This document shows, piece by piece, positions 23,454-33,588 of a DNA stretch of 64,000 nt. Location of the stretch: assembly GCA_045803545.1 (NCBI GenBank), contig JBJMOW010000004.1:1-64000 (forward strand), given 5' to 3'. The notes beneath the pieces were generated by a model. The model worked only from the letters and a program-made list of their open reading frames with translations. It had not been told where the DNA came from and ran no database searches. A program made the position numbers and the translations under genes. Numbering within the stretch: the first letter of the stretch is position 1; each line of letters starts with the position of its first letter. Source of the stretch: Gemmatimonadaceae bacterium (lineage in GTDB: Bacteria; Gemmatimonadota; Gemmatimonadetes; Gemmatimonadales; Gemmatimonadaceae).

Positions 23454-26400
23454 TCATCGCGCGTACCTGATCGTCACCGTGGCCGGCAGCTTCCGAATCC
23501 GCACCTCGGCGCCGCGCACCGGCGCCATCTGCCCGTCGACTGTCGCTGACAAAATGGGCTGATCGAGCGGGCTGTAGATCACGATCCCGCCCGGCGGCAT
23601 CCGCACCCCGCTGCGCAGATTCACTGTCACAACTCTACCAACCGCGCGCATATCATAATTGAGCGGCCCGTACTCGGTGCTCAGATTCGACACTCGAATC
23701 CCCGGATCGTCCTTCACCCACTCATCGCGCACCCCGGCGCCGATTACGAGCGAGCTGTCGCTTTCGCGCTCATAGGCGAGCATGTCGAGAAAGCTGCGGA
23801 TGTAGTCGCTGCCGACCCAGGTGTGCGGCATGTCCCCGATGAACTTTGGCGTCTTCGGATCGCGGAACACGACTTCTGCCCACTGATGCCACGCCGCAGG
23901 CCGCTGTCCCTGAAAGAAAAGTCGAGCAGCTCCTGCGCGCGGGCCCTTTGGCCAAGTCTCACGTGCACGCCGACGTTCCGCAGCTCGTACGGTGTATACG
24001 CGTCCCACGGTTTGTAGCCGAGTGAGCGCTGACGCGCCTCCTGGAAGTACTTGTCGAAGGTGCGATTGAGCAGGGGGCCGGGCAGTCTCCCTGCTTCGCC
24101 GCCGGGACTTACCGCAATTGTCGTCGACGTCGGATCGAAATCGGCGAGCTCGACTGAGCCCGGGATGTAATCGATCTTGCGCGTGATCACTACCTGGCGA
24201 ATCGACTCGAAAAGATTCGAGCGAAAGCTGTTTCGGATCTGCGCGTAGTCGTTGGCTTCCGGCTTTCCCAGCTCTTTGGCAATGAACGCGGCGTCCTTAA
24301 AGCCACGAAGCGCAAAGAAATCATCCCAGTAGGAATGCATCGGTTTCGCGCTATAGCCTTCATGGCTTATGGACTGTGGCAGCAGTCCATAGAAGGCTCT
24401 GTTGGCGCCGACGGTGTATTGCTCCGTCATCCGCTCGTGGCGCAACGAATCCATGTAGGCCACTGCTCTCGCAACGTGCGGCCACATTTTCTCCACCTCG
24501 GCCTTGTCGCCCGTATGCCGATAGTACTCGGCGACGAGATAAATGAATTCGCCGTGACTGTCGTTCTCTGGAACCGGCGTCGCGCCATGCTCGTCGACAC
24601 AGCAAGGGACTTTGCCGTTGTCGTACTGGTACTGCGCGAACCAGTCGATGAAGTCTTTGACGTCCTGATCGTGCCCGAGTCGCAGGAGCGCCGTCGATGT
24701 CAGCGACCCGTCACGAATCCACGAGCGTGAATAGCTGCGCGATCCGGGCTGAATCGCAGGACCGTCGCGATTGATAAGAATGTCAGCCAGCTGAGTACGC
24801 AGAGTCTGAGTGTAGCGCGCTCCAGAGAGCGGAAGCGTGATGCTCACCGGCCCAAGCTTATTCCGCCACTCGCCTGTAACCTGTTCGAGCCAAGTCGAAA
24901 CGGCCCGCTCTCCCTGCCCTGGCAGAAGAGTTGTACCGCTTCCCGCTTCCCGCTTCCCGCTTCCCGCCAAAAGCTGCGCCAAATTCAAATCCCCGCCATG
25001 CAAGGACACCGCGATGTCGATCGGACTCGACGTGGCGCGTGGGCCGAGCTCCAGCTGATAGCCGAAAGCGGCCGATGCGCGGCCGGTCGGATCGGTCAGC
25101 GCGACGCGACTTGGCAATTTTCCAGCGCGCAACCAGTCAACGATGTTGCCATCGTCAAACGAAACGGCGCCGAATCCACTCGCTGACGTCAGCGACCGGA
25201 CGAACTTGTTGCCCGTGACTCGCGCCGAAGATCCGCTGAGCGAAATCGAATCGACCCGCGCGACACCGCCGGGAAGATTGAGGAACTGCCACGGCGGATT
25301 CACCTGCAATGGGCGAATTGCCACGTAAAGCGTCGGCTTCGGGTACTTTCGCGAATTGTTGGCGATTTGATAGCGCACATAAAGCACGCTGGAGTCGGCC
25401 GGGCCCGCGACAAACGCATTGATGATCAAGTCGAGATCGTTCGCGCTCCACACGACTTGGGGTAGGGGTAGTCCCTCCGAATTACCGACAACCGATGTCT
25501 TCACATCGTTCCAAGTCAGCAACTTGCCGTTGACGTACAAGAATGGTTCGATCGAGAACTGGCCGCGCCCTACCTCGACCATTCCTTCTTCATTGATCAA
25601 CGCCTCGGCGCTATCGCGATCGACGCCCAGTACCGTCCAGTACGACTGCTCGTTGGACAGATAGCGCGGATAGCTGCCCCGTGGCGCTTCCCGCGCCATC
25701 GCGAAATACAAATCGTTTGCCGACGCGGCCCAGTCGAGCGGTTTGACGCTGATGTCGCGAATGCCGTAGCCGAGTCCACCTTCCGCTGACTTCAGAATGA
25801 CGCGGACGAATCGCGCATCGCTCTCCGGCAAATAGAGATAGTCCCTGAACACCGGCGAAGAAACGAGATTCTGCCGCTCCACGCCCGCCGCCCGCCTCCC
25901 GCCTCCCGCCTCCCCCGCCAACGGTGCCGATGCAGTTCGATTGAAGCTGTAAACCGTTTCCCAGTTCTGACCCTCCTTTGACGCTTGAACATCGTACGAG
26001 TTCGCGCGTCGCCCAGGCTCCCACCCGATCACCAGGCCGCCGAACTCGCGTCGTTTCTGAAAGTCTATGTTGATGGTATCGGCTGACGAGCCACTGACGC
26101 TCGCGCGCGGAGCGCTGCGCCACGACGTCGTCTGATCGATGTCAATCGTGCGGAACGCTTCATACCCGGTGGTTTGCGTTGAGGCGGTGATGGTCGGAGT
26201 CAAAGTGTACGCCGTCGAGGGATCGAGAGGCGTAAGCGTCAGATCGTCGAGCCAGACACTGCCCTTGCCACCCGAACCCGCGGTTATCGCGATCTCGATC
26301 GCGGCAAAGCGCTTCAGATCTCTGTCATTCGTCGGTCCCCAGGCAAATGAGATCTGCCGCTTCTTCCGCGTCACCGTCGTCCACTCTTTTGGAAAGACGA

Positions 26401-26911
26401 AGTTGGGATTGTTGGACCACCAGACGTTGTCGCCCGTGGAGTCGATCAACTTGAACTCGAGAGTGTTCGTCGGCGCGTCGCCCTTGATTGCGAAAGAGAA
26501 CTCGTAATTCGGCGGCAGCGTCAGATTCAACGGACGATGAATGACACCGTAGCCGCCGTGACCATGGAAATCGAAATCGATCCGCATCGCCGAGCCGTGC
26601 AATCCGCTCGGATCGGGATGCACGGATATGTCGACACCCTCGGCGGGTGTCGTCGTCCACTGCGACACGGTTTCAAAGTTGTCCAATACTATAGTAGAGG
26701 GTGCCACCACCGGATTGGCCGGCACGACAGTGGGAGTTGGCGTCGGCGTCGGAGCAGTTGATGGTCGAGTCGGGGACGGCGGGTTTTGAGCTCCTGCCTG
26801 CAAAGATGCGATGACGCTAACGGCCAGCATCGCGCGCAACGCGCAATGCCTTCCGCCTCCCGCCTCCCGCCTCCCGCCTCCCCCTTCCCCCTTCCGGCTG
26901 CCCAATTTCAT
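23454..26911 (-). pseudogene. Secreted CBM-like + F5/8C discoidin + (alpha/alpha)6 glycoside hydrolase-like protein, frameshifted near 23917-23920 (real lesion or sequencing error)
   Basis: YSRSWIRDGS, SISHEGY, HSYWDDF in ORF 23744-26911; C-terminus (QRPAAWHQWAEVV..IGDMPHTWVGSDY) in ORF 23454-24008; one extra T restores DFFFQGQRP. Confidence 0.8.
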
Positions 26912-27831
26912 CCCTTAACGCTCCCCGCCATTACACCCTGGATGTAGTACCGCTGGAGGAACAGAAACACTGCGATCACCGGAATCACCGTGAGCACCGA
27001 GCCGGCCATCATCAGCTCGGTGTCCTGCACGTGCTCGCCCGACAGATTTGCCAATGCGACCGGCAGCGTGTAGTGAGCCTCGTCACTCAAAACGATTAGC
27101 GGCCACATGAAGTCGTTCCATGTCGCCAGAAATGTCCAGATCGCCAGCGTCGCGAGAATCGGCAGAATCCCCGGTACCACCACCGACCAGTAGATCCTCA
27201 GTTCCGACGCGCCGTCGATCCGCGCTGCATCGAGCATGTCATCCGGAATCGAGAGCGCGTACTGCCGAATGAGAAAAATCCCGAAGATGCTCGCCATCCC
27301 CGGGATGATCACGCCCCAGTAGGTGTTGATGAGATGGAGATTCTTCATCAGGAGGAAGAGCGGCAGCATCGCCACTTGCACCGGCAGTACCAGCCCCAGC
27401 GAAAGCATTCGGAATGCCCGATCGCGTCCGCGGAATCTCAGCTTCGCAAACGCGTAGCCCGCCATCGAGTTCACAACCAGTGACACCGCCGTCACCACTA
27501 CCGCGATCAGCGCGCTGTTGAAAAGATATCTGCCCAGGTTGAGTCGCGTGAACAACTCGCGATAGTGCGTGAACGTGATCCGCGACGGCAGCAAATGCGG
27601 CGGATACTGACTCGCCTCCCCCGTCGGCATAAACGACGCCGACACCATCCACAGCATCGGAAACAGCGCGATGATCGCGCCGATAATCAGCAGGGCGTAT
27701 AACACCACTTGCGACAATCTCCGGCGCGTACTTGCAGATCCAGAGGCGCTTGCGGCTTGCGGCTTTCCGCCGGCTGCCGGCAGAAGGCCGCCAGCTGCCA
27801 GCGCCTCGACTTTTCGATTCGTCCTCGACAA
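26908..27831 (-). CDS. Carbohydrate ABC permease (MalG-like)
   Basis: MAGYAFAKLRF, IPDDMLDAARIDGA EAA loop, WNDFMWPL. Confidence 0.95.
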   Translation of the reverse strand: MSRTNRKVEALAAGGLLPAAGGKPQAASASGSASTRRRLSQVVLYALLIIGAIIALFPMLWMVSASFMPTGEASQYPPHLLPSRITFTHYRELFTRLNLGRYLFNSALIAVVVTAVSLVVNSMAGYAFAKLRFRGRDRAFRMLSLGLVLPVQVAMLPLFLLMKNLHLINTYWGVIIPGMASIFGIFLIRQYALSIPDDMLDAARIDGASELRIYWSVVVPGILPILATLAIWTFLATWNDFMWPLIVLSDEAHYTLPVALANLSGEHVQDTELMMAGSVLTVIPVIAVFLFLQRYYIQGVMAGSVKG

Positions 27832-28827
27832 CTATTCTTGCTCCCTCTGCAGCCTGAACTGAATCAGCGTCGCAATCAGAATCACGATGAATAACACGAA
27901 CGCGATCGCCGCCGCGTATCCCATCCGCCACCACCTGAATCCTTCCTCATACATCATCAGCACGACCGACGTGGTCGCGCGCAGCGGACCGCCAGCCGTC
28001 ATCACGTACGGTTCCGAGAACAGTTGGAAGTATCCGATCATTGTGATGACACTGACGAACAGCATCGTCGGACCGAGCAGCGGTAGCGTCACACTGAAGA
28101 AACGGCGCACCGGGCCGGCGCCGTCGATTTCCGCCGCGTCGTAGAGATCCTGCGGAATCGCCTGCAGTCCGGCGATGAAGATCAGCATGTTGTAGCCAAA
28201 CTGCTTCCATATCGCGAGCAGAATGATCGCCGGCATCGCCCACTTCGGATCGCCGAGCCAGTCGATTGGCGCGATGCCGAAATGGCTGAGCATGTAGTTG
28301 AGCAGGCCGTAGCGGGTGTGATAGAGGTAGCGCCAGACGATTGCCACAGCGACGAGCGTCGTCACGAACGGAGTGAAGTAGATCGTACGGAACAGGCTCT
28401 TGAAGCGAACGAGCCGCGCGTTGAGGAGAAGTGCGGCTCCCAGGGCCACAGCGATCGTGAGCGGCCCACCGACGAGCGCGAAGTAGAATGTGTTTCGGAG
28501 CGCCTGCCAGAACTCCGGCGTCTTGAGAAGCTTGCTGTAGTTCGCGAGACCGACGAAGCGCGTTGTCGACGGGTTCGCAATCGCGTAGATATCGAAGTCA
28601 GTGACGCTCAGGACGAGCGATGCGAGAACGGGCAGGAAAAAGAAGACGAAAATGAGAATGAGCGCCGGCGCCAGGAACCACCACGCCGCCTTCCCTACAT
28701 CAGACGGCGTGCGTCCGGCGGGATCCCGGGACCGCCGCAATCTTTGCCGCCAGCCCAACATCGCCGGAGTGGGCTCCGACAAAAGCTCCGTCGATGCAGC
28801 GCCACTCGGCGGAATGGTAGCGCTCAC
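27832..28827 (-). CDS. Carbohydrate ABC permease (MalF-like)
   Basis: FVGLANY, AGLQAIPQDLYDAAEIDGA, GYAAAIA. Confidence 0.95.
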   Translation of the reverse strand: MSATIPPSGAASTELLSEPTPAMLGWRQRLRRSRDPAGRTPSDVGKAAWWFLAPALILIFVFFFLPVLASLVLSVTDFDIYAIANPSTTRFVGLANYSKLLKTPEFWQALRNTFYFALVGGPLTIAVALGAALLLNARLVRFKSLFRTIYFTPFVTTLVAVAIVWRYLYHTRYGLLNYMLSHFGIAPIDWLGDPKWAMPAIILLAIWKQFGYNMLIFIAGLQAIPQDLYDAAEIDGAGPVRRFFSVTLPLLGPTMLFVSVITMIGYFQLFSEPYVMTAGGPLRATTSVVLMMYEEGFRWWRMGYAAAIAFVLFIVILIATLIQFRLQREQE

Positions 28828-30098
28828 TTAGTCCCTTGTGCCAACAGGTATCTCCGCTTCTCGAGCATCGCATTGACATCCTCATCCAGCGACTTCAGTG
28901 TGGCATCGGCCGTCTCCGCCCCGCGAATCGCCTGCTCTCCGTGTTCGAAGATCGTCGTCGCGATTTCCTCCCACTCCGGCACCTGCGGCGTCGGCACCAC
29001 CCGCTCCAGCTGCTGGCGGAATGCCTGGGTGTACTTGTTGTTCGCCAGCGCGGTATCCTGCCACGCTGTTTTTCTTGGCGGAAGATCACCCGTGAGATGA
29101 TAGAATTCGAGCTGGATCGACGGGCGAGAGAGATACTCCATTAGCTGCCACGCTTCTTTCTTGTGACTGGAGGCGGCGAAAAGCGACAGAGACGAACCGC
29201 CAGCGGTTGAGACGCCGGGGCCGCTGACGCCCGGCATCGGCGCGGTATTCCAGTTAGGCTGCATCGCGGGGGCGAGCCTGTTCTTGAATTCGCCGATCAT
29301 CCACGGCCCCGAGATGTACATCGCGATGTTTCCGCGCTCGAACTCCTGAAACAGGTTGGATACCTGCGAGCTGGAGACCGGCGACGCGAGTCCCTGTCGA
29401 TAAATGCCGGTGTAAAAATCGAACGCGCTGCGGAATGGTGGCTGCTCGAACGCTCCGTATCGCCCGCCGTCACGCAGAATCGGCGATCCCTCCTGCAGCG
29501 CGAAGATTACCGGCTGCACCCACTCGTTGGTCGGCATCAACAGCGGAAACTGGCGATCGCTCATTTGCGACTTTATTCGCTTCATCGCCGCCGTCCAGTC
29601 GGTCCAAGTCGTGGGGAAGGTTTTGTAGCCGGCCTTGGCGAGCAGATCGCTGCGATAGAAGATCAATCTCGTGTCGACATACCACGGGATGCCGTACGTG
29701 TAGCCGTTGACGACGTTGGTTTTCCAGATCCCGTCGAAGAAATCGTCGCGGTGGATCTCCCTGGATTGCGTCGTCAGACTATCGAGCGGCGCCAGTGCAT
29801 TGAGGGCGACGAACTCCGGCACCCATGTATTGCCCAGCATTGCGATATCGGGCGTTGCCTCGCCGACGAAGGCAGTAAGTAGCTTCTCGTGCGCCGCAGT
29901 CCATGGTATTTGCTGAACCTCGACGTGGATGTTCGGGTTTTCTTTCTCGAACCCGGGTATCATCTGCGCGAGCACTTCCCCCTCGCGCCCCATTGCCCAG
30001 ATCCTTAGTGTAGTCCTGTCGCCCGCGTTCGCGGCCGAGCAAGCGGCAGTAACAATCGCGCCGAACACCGCGACGATACGACGCAACTGCTGGCTCAT
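28824..30098 (-). CDS. Sugar ABC substrate-binding lipoprotein
   Basis: TAAC lipobox; YGIPWYVDTRLIFYRSDL, SGPW. Confidence 0.93.
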   Translation of the reverse strand: MSQQLRRIVAVFGAIVTAACSAANAGDRTTLRIWAMGREGEVLAQMIPGFEKENPNIHVEVQQIPWTAAHEKLLTAFVGEATPDIAMLGNTWVPEFVALNALAPLDSLTTQSREIHRDDFFDGIWKTNVVNGYTYGIPWYVDTRLIFYRSDLLAKAGYKTFPTTWTDWTAAMKRIKSQMSDRQFPLLMPTNEWVQPVIFALQEGSPILRDGGRYGAFEQPPFRSAFDFYTGIYRQGLASPVSSSQVSNLFQEFERGNIAMYISGPWMIGEFKNRLAPAMQPNWNTAPMPGVSGPGVSTAGGSSLSLFAASSHKKEAWQLMEYLSRPSIQLEFYHLTGDLPPRKTAWQDTALANNKYTQAFRQQLERVVPTPQVPEWEEIATTIFEHGEQAIRGAETADATLKSLDEDVNAMLEKRRYLLAQGTK

Positions 30099-30150
30099 GT
30101 TATGCCGCGAAAGTATAAGGGTCAGAACCGAGTTAACCACGGAGGTCCGC

Positions 30151-30585
30151 ATGCGCCTGAATCGTCTGAATATTCTCCTCGCCGCTGTAATTCTGGGATG
30201 CTCCCAGAGCACTGAGCCCGTCCACCTTAAGGGTACCTATCGTCTCAACGACATCGACGGACGCACACTCCCAACTCCTCCTGCATTCACTCCCGGTTTG
30301 ACTCCAACGATCGTCTCCAGTGAGGTCGTGCTTCACGACGATGGCACGGCCACAGTTACTGATCATCGGATCGAATGGAACGGCGTCGATAATGTTCTCA
30401 CATACTGGTACACATATACCATCAGCGGGCTCGATATCTCCTTTGTCGTGCCACCGTGTCCACCCGACGCAATCTGCGCCTGGGACAACAGCGTTGGCAT
30501 CAGTGGCAAGATCATTGGCGACAATCTGTCGCTCATCCGCGGACACGTGAATGAGGATCCCATCGTCTACCATTATCACTCGTAG
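30151..30585 (+). CDS. Lipoprotein paralogue 1 (lipocalin-like)
   Basis: GGAGG RBS; ILGC; YRLNDIDGRTLP; CPPDAIC. Confidence 0.8.
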   Translation: MRLNRLNILLAAVILGCSQSTEPVHLKGTYRLNDIDGRTLPTPPAFTPGLTPTIVSSEVVLHDDGTATVTDHRIEWNGVDNVLTYWYTYTISGLDISFVVPPCPPDAICAWDNSVGISGKIIGDNLSLIRGHVNEDPIVYHYHS

Positions 30586-30630
30586 CACACTTACAGGCCA
30601 CCCGTCAAACTCTCACTCAGGAGGTGCTAA

Positions 30631-31071
30631 ATGCGTCTGCTTGGTAAATGCGTTGTAGCGGTTCTGATCGCACCAGTCATTGCGTGTCACGACGTGTCCG
30701 GTCCACCCGCGCTGCCTGCGAATTACATGCTCGTCAGCGTAAACGGGCAACCGCTGCCGGCTATCATCTCGCCAATTCCCGAGTCCCCGACAGTGCTCGA
30801 CGGAACGCTCTTCCTTGATGGCTCTGGCAAGGCGGTCGTGAGGGACCACCAGAGGGTGATGATCGCGCCCGGCGAAGTGACTTACACCACCAACTACACG
30901 TATACGATTAAGGACAACAAGATCCAGTTTGATTTCGCGTGCGTTGGTGGTCCTACTGCCAACTGCCCTCGATCGCCGATTGGAACTTTTGTTGGCTCGC
31001 ATCTCATACTCGATTTGAGTGGCACTGCGAACGAACTGGTATATGACTACGTCCTGGTGATGCCTGATTGA
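30631..31071 (+). CDS. Lipoprotein paralogue 2
   Basis: AGGAGG RBS; VIAC; YMLVSVNGQPLP; CVGGPTANC. Confidence 0.85.
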   Translation: MRLLGKCVVAVLIAPVIACHDVSGPPALPANYMLVSVNGQPLPAIISPIPESPTVLDGTLFLDGSGKAVVRDHQRVMIAPGEVTYTTNYTYTIKDNKIQFDFACVGGPTANCPRSPIGTFVGSHLILDLSGTANELVYDYVLVMPD

Positions 31072-31520
31072 TATCTCGGCGAGCTGCTGCAGCGTTACTG
31101 ATCGCAATTGGAGTCACGGGGTGCACTGCGCCGAGTGCACCCTCGTACTTCACTGCTGACTTCGTGCTCATCGACGTCGATGGGCTTGGACTCCCGGTCG
31201 ACGGTCCCTCTGTCCACGGAATGCCTGGATCACGACTTATCTCCGGCTCCATGTCCCTCGATGAAGCCGGCACCGGCTACATGTTCGAAGAGCGCGTTGA
31301 CGGACAGAACAACCATTTCAGTGTCGCTACTCCGTATCTCTACGGCGTAAGCGGAGCCAGCATCAAGTTCGATTACGCGATTCCCTGCCCATTCGGCGTC
31401 GATTGCCCCGCACCGCCTTCGGGCGAGATCATCAACGAAGGTCTGCAAGTCCGGGTGACGTTCCCGCCCACTTCTAACTTCAAGGTTTACACCTTCCGCA
31501 CAATTCCGCGAACGATTTAA
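31068..31520 (+). CDS. Lipoprotein paralogue 3
   Basis: TTGA overlap with paralogue 2; VTGC; FVLIDVDGLGLP; CPFGVDC. Confidence 0.8.
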   Translation: MISRRAAAALLIAIGVTGCTAPSAPSYFTADFVLIDVDGLGLPVDGPSVHGMPGSRLISGSMSLDEAGTGYMFEERVDGQNNHFSVATPYLYGVSGASIKFDYAIPCPFGVDCPAPPSGEIINEGLQVRVTFPPTSNFKVYTFRTIPRTI

Positions 31521-31552
31521 ATCAAGCCACTCGATTCTGATCGGAGGTACGT

Positions 31553-31981
31553 ATGAATCTGCGTCGTAAGATTGCTCTGGTTTTAATGATCGGTGCTGTA
31601 ACCGCGTGTCATGACACTTCTGCAACTGGAATTCCTGCGTCCTACGCCCTGACGGCGATCAACGGGAATCAGCTCCCCGCATCGTACTCTGGGATCCCCA
31701 CGGGTTCTACGGTCGTGTCGGGAGCGCTCATTCTCGACGGCGCTGGTCTCGCAGTCTTCCTGGAGGAACGTCGCGATGCGAACGGAGTTCAGTCAACCGT
31801 CACAACGAAATACAGGTACACGATAAAGGACAACGTTATCGAGTTCGACTACCCCTCGTGCCGTCAGGCGCCATGCATCAGTCTGCCCAAGGGAACTCTG
31901 GCTGATGACCATGCACTCATCGATTTCAGTTCAGGCCAGGGTCGTCAGATCTTCGATTACATGCTCGGCGGAGACATCTAA
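31553..31981 (+). CDS. Lipoprotein paralogue 4
   Basis: GGAGG RBS; VTAC; YALTAINGNQLP; CRQAPC. Confidence 0.85.
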   Translation: MNLRRKIALVLMIGAVTACHDTSATGIPASYALTAINGNQLPASYSGIPTGSTVVSGALILDGAGLAVFLEERRDANGVQSTVTTKYRYTIKDNVIEFDYPSCRQAPCISLPKGTLADDHALIDFSSGQGRQIFDYMLGGDI

Positions 31982-32007
31982 CACCGCTGGATAGGACGGT
32001 GCCTGGC

Positions 32008-33453
32008 TCAATTCCCCAGCCACCCGCCGGTGAAGCCAGCTTTCTTCAGTCCGGCGACGATGTAGGGATTCTTCCGCATCGTCTTCCAGATCAGATCCGA
32101 TCGATAATTCTCGATCATTGCCACGATCGGCCCTTGATCGATACCGAGGTAGTCGGTGTCGAACCAGCCAACGCCCGGCACAATGCGGCCATACCTGGAT
32201 TGACCGCTGACGAGCGTTGGATTGAAATCGTCGACGAATCCATAAGGCCCAAACAGGTTGTCGCCGTACTTCTCCCGCATCGCGATCAATGCGGGTATCG
32301 TCAACTCCGGTGCAAAGGCAACTGATCCGCCGGCAGCCGTCGGGGCAATCGTTCCGTCATCCTCGATCCCGTCCGCTGCCGCGCCGCGCGCGCGATATGT
32401 AAAGAATTGTCGTGTGCGACCGCCGACGACGAAGGTCGTATCGAAGGGTCCGTCGCCCGCCGTCAGACCCCAGACGTTCGCTCCATAACCATTCCACTTA
32501 CCCGGGTTGTCGATCGCGTACGACCGCTGCGAGATCGTCGCTCGGCGAGAGTTCTCGAAGTAGTCGATTCCCTTTCCGCGCATGTACGCGTCCTGGATTC
32601 CACGGAACTCGATCCAGATGTGCGAGTACTGATGCCCGAACAGCGGCGGGAAGTTCACGTGCGTCTGGCCGTAGAAATCAGCCCACTTATACGTCTCCGT
32701 CCATCCGGCCCACGCTGCTGGATCGATTGGGTGTGTCGGGGAGCCGAGTGCAAGCACGTACACAATCATGCCTTCGTCGTATCCGCGCCAGTCGGCGGGA
32801 ATCCAACCGTCCTCCGGCTTCCATCCCATACTGACATATGGGGACGTGTGAATTGCCCACTGCCAGTCGACCCGCAGGTAAAGCGAATCCGCATAAGCTC
32901 GAACCGCGCTTTCGACCGGATCGCTCCCTGTGTAGTACGACTGACAGAACAAGACGCCGCCGAGCAGCAGAGACGTGTCGATTGTGGAGAGCTCGACCTG
33001 CTCGAATCGGTAACCGGTTTGCATGTCGAGAAAGTGATAGAAAAATCCTTTGTAGCTGGTGACGTTGCTGGCCTGCGCGCCCTGCGGAGCATTGTACATG
33101 AAGCGCAGGGTGTTCAGCGTGCGCTGCGCTGCATCCGCGCGCGAGATGTAGCCGCGTTCGACCCCGACGGGATAAGCTGTCAACGCAAAGCCAACCGCCG
33201 CCACGCTCGAGAAACTCTTTGTTGGCCAGCGATCGGGCGTTAGTCCGTTGTTTGGATCCGACCGCTCCCAGAACCAGTTGAAGGTTCGGCGTTGCAGCGT
33301 GTCGAGGAACGCAGCCTGCCTCGACGAAAGTCTCGAAGGCGGCAGCGAACCGCTCGCACCGCTGATGCCAGTGATCGATGTCGCCGACGTACATGCCGAC
33401 GCGATCGTCGCAGCGACGAGAAGCCAACCGCGCCAACGTGGGAGCGCTCGCAT
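32008..33453 (-). CDS. GH144-like (glucoamylase-like family) probable beta-1,2-glucanase, lipoprotein
   Basis: ELSTIDT, YDEGMIVYVLALGSPTHP, PLFGHQYSH, YFENSRRAT, WGLTA, LGIDQGP; GGAGG RBS. Confidence 0.88.
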   Translation of the reverse strand: MRALPRWRGWLLVAATIASACTSATSITGISGASGSLPPSRLSSRQAAFLDTLQRRTFNWFWERSDPNNGLTPDRWPTKSFSSVAAVGFALTAYPVGVERGYISRADAAQRTLNTLRFMYNAPQGAQASNVTSYKGFFYHFLDMQTGYRFEQVELSTIDTSLLLGGVLFCQSYYTGSDPVESAVRAYADSLYLRVDWQWAIHTSPYVSMGWKPEDGWIPADWRGYDEGMIVYVLALGSPTHPIDPAAWAGWTETYKWADFYGQTHVNFPPLFGHQYSHIWIEFRGIQDAYMRGKGIDYFENSRRATISQRSYAIDNPGKWNGYGANVWGLTAGDGPFDTTFVVGGRTRQFFTYRARGAAADGIEDDGTIAPTAAGGSVAFAPELTIPALIAMREKYGDNLFGPYGFVDDFNPTLVSGQSRYGRIVPGVGWFDTDYLGIDQGPIVAMIENYRSDLIWKTMRKNPYIVAGLKKAGFTGGWLGN

Positions 33454-33516
33454 ATTCCTCCGGCATTCCACCGGGTTGTCCGGATTGCCCGGGTTGTTGT
33501 GCAAGATTTTCACCTG

Positions 33517-33558
33517 AAAAGAAACCGGCGCTGACTGCGTCTCCGCAACCAGCGCCGG
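33517..33558 (-). terminator. Intrinsic terminator after the TBDR gene
   Basis: CCGGCGCTG/CAGCGCCGG stem followed by TTTCTTTT on the minus strand. Confidence 0.75.
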
Positions 33559-33588
33559 CTCACTCATTCAGTCAAGCCTTCGCGTCGA

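Noticed and set aside
23911..23925. Programmed -1 ribosomal frameshift
   Set aside because: No X_XXY_YYZ slippery site; a homopolymer indel is simpler
30121..32007. Integron cassette array explanation for the four lipoproteins
   Set aside because: One ATCTAAC at the last stop but no matching GTTRRRY or attC stems; two genes overlap; no integrase
33471..33497. 9-bp triple repeat ccgggttgt/ccggattgc and the extended GH144 start at 33567
   Set aside because: Single short occurrence; the RBS and signal peptide favour ATG 33453, and the extension crosses a terminator
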